DNA of 64,000 nucleotides from Octopus vulgaris. Lineage: Eukaryota. The notes beneath the pieces are model-generated. The model did no database searches and had not been told where the DNA came from. It saw only the letters and a program-made list of their open reading frames with translations. The position numbers were made by a program, and so were the translations under genes. Each line of letters starts with the position of its first letter. The stretch's first letter is position 1. This document shows positions 58,080 to 64,000 of this stretch, one piece after another. The DNA lies in assembly GCA_951406725.2 (NCBI GenBank), contig OX597835.1, forward strand, positions 43,834,001 to 43,898,000, given 5' to 3'.

Positions 58080-59165
58080 ATTTCTCTGTATAGCAGCGTA
58101 TAAGACGACTTTGAACGTTAAAAATGCCAGCCTCCTCCCGGTGGAAAATGAAATTATTAACGCATATAAGCAGACCTCAAAACATCTGGTTCCAAGGTAT
58201 GCGATTTTAAGTTGAAAAAAGACGTAACGCGGAAAACATTCTTTTTTTTTACCTTATATCTATTTTAATAAATGATCTGTACATATTTTCACATGTACTT
58301 TATTTGGGTTTCTATTTCAGAGTTGGATTTTCAGGTGATATTTTTTTTTATTTGTATTCTTTTAAATGACAAATAAATCGACTGAAATTGAGGTTTTTTC
58401 CATGGATTTCTTAAAAAGAAAAAAACTAAAAGTTGAAAAAGACACAACACGAAATGACGTAATTTGAGGTATGCATCGAAACTGGTTCATAAGATGACCT
58501 TTTGATTTTAAAAAAGCCACTCCTATCAGGGACAATATGAATTAATATCCGTATTTTCTAGTTTATATGATAATTGTTGTATCGCACGTTCGACGTACGA
58601 TATAACGGAATAATAATAATAATAATGTCCTTGCAACTCGTTCTACTCATGATACTGGTAATAAACCCCGACAATACGCAGCTCTCGGCTTTACACCGCT
58701 GAAGGGCCTCTGCGCATGTCCATTAGGAGCCAACCAATAGGGGTGTTCTACTTCCACATAACAATAATCTTTCAACTTTAAAAACCTCAGCCCATACTGA
58801 GGAGAATAGGATCTAATATCCAAACATATTGGCATATAAGATGAGCTTTGAGCCCTAAAAATCCCACCCCATACGAGGAAGAAAATGTTATTTTACTTCA
58901 TATACCGGTATATAAGATGACATTCCAAGCTTAAAAATCCCACCCTCTAACGGAAAATATATGAAATTATTAACGCATATAATGATGTATATGATGAATT
59001 TTGAACCCACAAGCACCCGCCCCTCTAGCGGGGAGAATTTAAAATTATTATTACATATACTTGTGTATAAGCTGGCATTTCGACCTTAAAAGTCCCAGCC
59101 CCTACAAGAGATAATCTGAAATGATTATTATATTATATATACCTGTGTATAAAATGAGCTTTCGC
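58080..59165. repeat. Decayed ~75-82-bp tandem repeat (about six units at 58760-59165, outliers near 58085 and 58490)
   Basis: Recurring CATATA..G..TATAAGATGA..TTT..TAAAAATCCCA-CCC..GGA-AAT..AAATTATT. Confidence 0.7.
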
Positions 59166-59569
59166 AAATGAAGAGTTTTAAGTTGAAATTAGACTGGCAT
59201 TAGAACGATTCTCATGATCCTTTTAAGGGTCTCTGAAACTGTTTATGAAGGTATGCTCAAACTGAAGACTTGACACGCTAATTTACACATGGTACTGGAT
59301 AGTGATGTTAAACCTGAGGTGATGAACCAACCAAGCTAACTAATCGTAATCTCTGTTCTATAGTCTTCTGTATGAGGAACAAGTAGAACGTAAAAATAAG
59401 CAAATGATTTATGAAAATTATCCTGCATTAAGCCTTCAGTTTCTGATGAAGTCGTGGAGGTGCCAGACGAGCACAGCATACCTTGGACACAAAGCCTGGT
59501 CGAATCTATTCTTCTGGAAGTTTGACCACAGTCGATTTCTTCAGAGATAATGAAAATGAGCGAGCGAAA

Positions 59570-60110
59570 GACAAGAAAGTCCCTAGGCAGTAATATCGTG
59601 TCCACTGAAAAAAATATTAAATCTCTCGTTGCTAAGGCTTGGGCAGCCATAGACGGTATTAGAATAATATGGGAATCAACCCTGCCAGATAAATTGAAGA
59701 GACAGTTCTTCAGAGCAGTTGTTAGTGCATGCTGGATGGTTCCATGCTGGATGCTGGATGGTTCTAGAATGATACGTGTAGTGCTCAACATCTCTTGGAG
59801 GGAGCAGTCAACAAAACAACGGTTATATGAGAATGTACCAACTTTCTCATCAACCATCCAAGAGTGGAGATTGAGGTATGGTGGTCACTGTTGGAGCAGT
59901 GAAGAAGAACTAGTGAGTAATTTGTTGCTGTGGACACCAAATCATAGTACCACAGCGGTTGGAAGACTACGGAAGACGTATATACAATAGCTTGCAGAAG
60001 ATATTGGATGCCAAATTGAAGACCTAAAAACACTGGAAGATCGGTTGGATGGAAGATCGGTCGGAGAGAGGTGGTCAGGCAGGGTCCGGGCAATCAGCCT
60101 GACTGGATGA
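59570..60110 (+). pseudogene. RTE-group LINE RT C-terminal region, 5'-truncated and decayed
   Basis: LGSNIVSTEKNIKSLVAKAWAA..W.STL...LKRQFFRAVV..RMIRVVLNISW..RLRYGGHCW..LLLWTPNH..GR.RKTYI. Confidence 0.85.
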
Positions 60111-60874
60111 TGCCTCGATAAAAAAAGGACATTGGGATTTTAAAATTAGGGCACAAAGATGAAGAATGACAGAACCAACAGACTTTAAATAAGATCGATG
60201 TAAAGATTTGACTGGGAAAGAAAGACAGAAAGGAGACGAACTCAATACAAGTTTGGCACTTTAATTATTGACCCCGAAAGAACGAAGGGCAAATCTAGGA
60301 TCCGCGGGATTTTAAAACTAAAGTGAAGAGAGAAAGAACGAATACACGACATTACCAACGCGTTTGAAAGAGAAATATAATAAAAGAGAAAGAAAAAAAA
60401 AACGAGGACTTAACACCTGTAAAAAATAATTTTATGACAAACATTGAGAATACAAAAATGACTGATAGATTTTTCTAGATTAATCACGGAATCAAAGAAG
60501 TGAAAAAAAAATCTATTTTGAACTCAAAATGACTGTGTAAAATCTCTCAGATGAATTGTGCAATAAAATTAATATTTTCCACACTATTAACCTCAGCCTC
60601 AGTGAATGGATATTGACAGTATTTATACCTACATTACGTTTCAATATAAATATTGTAAATAAATATAGACTTTAAAGAAGAAGTTAATTGTCTGGAAAAA
60701 AGTTTTGTGTTTGTTAATATTTTTTATTTTTTTAATCCTACCCAAATTACTTGTTGTAATTAGCTGCGAAAGGGAGGTGGAGAGCGAGTAGAACCAGCGA
60801 GAGAGGACATTTTAACTACAAAAATCAACGAATAACATAATAAAGCATAGCATGAACAATTAACGTTTCTTGCA

Positions 60875-60928
<54 letters not shown>

Positions 60929-60984
60929 AATGAGGATTAAAATGAAACGATTATTGTTGCTGTTGTTGTTAATATTTTTAAGGC

Positions 60985-61830
60985 GGTGAAAGGCGGCGAG
61001 CTGGCAGAAACGTTGGCACGCCGGGCGAAATGTTTAGCGGTATTTCGTCTGTCTTTACGTTCTGAGTTCAAATTCCGTCGAGGTCAACTTTGCCTTTCAT
61101 CCTTTCGGGGTCGATTAAATAAGTACCAGTTATGCACCGGGGTTCATGTAATCGACTTAATCTCTTTGTCCTTGTTTGTCCCCTCTATGTTTGGACCCCT
61201 GTGGGTAGTAAAGAAATAAGAAATGTTAGCACGCCGGGCTAAATGTTTAGCGGTATTTCGTCTGCCGCTACGCTCTGAGTTCAAATTCCGCCAAGGTCAA
61301 CTTAGCCTTTTACCCTTTCGGGGTCGATTAAATAAGTACCAGTTACGCACTGGGGTCGATATAATCGACTTAATCCGTTTGTCAGTCCCTCCTTGTCCCC
61401 TCTGTGTGAGCAGTAAAGAAATAAGAAACATTAGCACGCCGGGCGAAATGCTTAGCAGTATTTCGTCTGTCTTTATGTTCTGAGTTCAAATTCTGCCGAG
61501 GTCAACCTTACTTTTCATAGATTCGGGGTCGATAAATTAAGTACCAGTTGCGTACTGAGGTCGATCTAATTGACTGGCTCCTCACTCCAAAATATCGGGC
61601 CTTGTGCTTAGAGTAGAAAAAGGAAAGGTGACGAGCTGGCAGAATCGTTAGCATGTTGGAGAAAATGTTTAGCGGCATTGCGTCCGTCTTTACGTTCTGA
61701 CTTCAAATTCTGTTGAGGTCAACTCTTCCTTTCACCCTTTCGGCGATTATGAGATAATCAATTAAATCGACTAATCCCTCCCCTTGATTCCCATTTTTTT
61801 GTTTAGTTTGTATTTCTTTGTCCCCAGATT
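60985..61830 (+). mobile_element. Multimeric SINE A array (four units)
   Basis: Head and core repeated at about 60990, 61225, 61430 and 61625. Confidence 0.88.
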
Positions 61831-62054
61831 TGAGCACAAATATCTTAGACTTTCGGAAATTCCTGTATCACCGGAAACCCAGATGTTCCCAAGAAGCGAA
61901 GACGAAGACTATCTTCGTCGTTTATATCCTCCACACTCCATACACAAAATACAAGAGTTGACTTCCCATTGATCACATGGTGTGCAATGAACAAATTCCA
62001 GAAGGGCACACATTTAGGGACGCCATGTTGTGCTAATATAGAAAAACCAATATT

Positions 62055-62118
<64 letters not shown>

Positions 62119-63191
62119 GTTTTGCCCTGTCAGTCTCTACCATTTAGGAATACCTACTGGAAAGAAGCATTAACCACTTAGGAATATCTATTGAGAAATC
62201 TCAGTGGGAAGGAAACTGACAGGTTTTAAGCAATGGCTGTAAGTTCTAATCTCGGAGGAATATCTACTGAACTAATTCAATGCGATCGTCCAACTGGCCT
62301 TCATTTTCTTCTTCTTGTTCTTCAGTTGGATAAGAAAAGAAAAGAAAAAAAACTAGTTGAAGTACGACAGGCCCCATCCATCATCTCTCAACTGATGACC
62401 TAAAAATCAGATGCTGTTAATGGACTCTTATTCGGAAGTCTTATGAGGATTGTTCTTATTTTAGCGAGCACATCGAAATGTTCTTTGTAGAGCAGCAACG
62501 CTAAAAGAAGGGTGCCAATAGAACGAGGCAAATTGGTTAATCGCAGAGATAATCTTGAAATGTAGGAGAAGAAGAAAATGCAGCAGTTAAATAATTCTGT
62601 TTTGTGTTTTGTATGAATACTTACGAATGGAGATGAAAGTAAAACTGCGTGCGCAAAAGCAGTCTGAGTGTGAAGAGTGAATGAATATTTAAACGATCTG
62701 AAAACCATAAAAAATAACTTTCAAACCGCATTTCAGTCGCAAGAACAGTAAGTGTACCATTAACACATTTGTAAGGATGACTGGAACATAGGATTTTATA
62801 GAAATACACAGCGATGTGGAGTAACTAGATTCAACAGCATGAAACATAGGTTTCTGGAAAAGCATTGCATAATACATTATAAATATGGCGGCTCTTAACT
62901 AAAACAGCCAAGAAGCAGACGCTGGCAAAGGACAGTTGTGTATCAACTGTGCATAAAGATAGTTATTAAGCCTGGTCAGTACCTTTTTATGATTCACGGA
63001 GATCTGCAGTGGGATCGAACCCCAAATTACGATGTTGAGAAACGAACTTCTCGAACACGCTTCCACAGCCACATCGAAGAATATGGTGGATAGATATTTG
63101 GTTGTGATTACTTGCAAATTTTTATTGATAACCTAAACTATATTGGTACTCCCCTTCTCTTTCCCTCTCTCTATCTCTCTCTTTATATATA

Positions 63192-63334
<143 letters not shown>

Positions 63335-63684
63335 ATTTTACTGCTATGTAGACACATATGTACACACACACACACACACACATATATATATGTATGTATC
63401 TGTGTGTGTGTTTGTATGTATATGTATTCGCAAATATAGACATATATATATTGCATAATAGCTGAAGGCAAGTTTAATCAAAACAAACTTTTCAAATTGT
63501 ATATTGCTATGAAGTCTGTTGGTTAAATTAAATTTAATGGCAGGAAAATGGAGAAATATTGTTTGTATTTTTTTTACTAAAGAGAGGATGGAATAAAAAT
63601 TTATTAGGAAAGGTAATAAATTATTCAAAGAGACTTGGTTGGAACATAAATACAATGGTGATGGTGATAATAATAATAATAATT

Positions 63685-63880
63685 CTTTGGAGCACAAGCT
63701 ACGAAATTTTTGGGGAAGGAGCTAGTTGATTACATCGACCCCAGGACATAACTGGTACTTAGTTTATCGACCCAGGAAGTTGACCTCGACGGGATTTGAA
63801 CCCAGAACGAAAAAAACAGACGAAATACCGGTTAACATTTTGTCTGGTGTGCTGGCTATTCTGCCAGGACAACGTCTTAA
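63685..63880 (-). mobile_element. SINE A copy between (AAT)n and (GAT)n tracts
   Basis: GCACAAG..GAAATTTTTGGGGA tail and ACTGGTACTT core. Confidence 0.8.
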
Positions 63881-63890
63881 TGGCAATGAA

Positions 63891-63923
<33 letters not shown>

Positions 63924-64000
63924 AATAATGATAATGATGATGATGATGATGATAATAATAATGATAATGATGATGATGATGATGATAATAATAATGATAA

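Overview
AT-rich, extremely microsatellite-dense eukaryotic DNA with no supportable host protein-coding exon; nearly all long ORFs in the track are translations of simple repeats. The SINE families and repeat landscape suggest an octopod cephalopod (Octopus-like) intergenic or intronic region. That assignment is an inference from remembered repeat families and needs a database check. The window holds about 40 copies of at least five SINE-like families (four with clear tRNA-type heads), one near full-length decayed mariner with TIRs plus a second mariner fragment, several RTE and CR1-group LINE remnants, and a 2.25-kb unit bounded by long inverted repeats. Two signals stand out. (1) A set of short elements inserted in (TA)n tracts carry minimal type-I hammerhead ribozyme motifs, often preceded by an inverted copy of their own 3' part, and lie near a Penelope-like (Naiad-type) GIY-YIG endonuclease fragment that the ORF track misses. 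(2) A ~0.9-kb array of ~26 GGAACTTTCCAGGAAGT units in which NF-kB-like, STAT and ETS motifs overlap. All coordinates were read by eye, so boundaries of degenerate copies are approximate.
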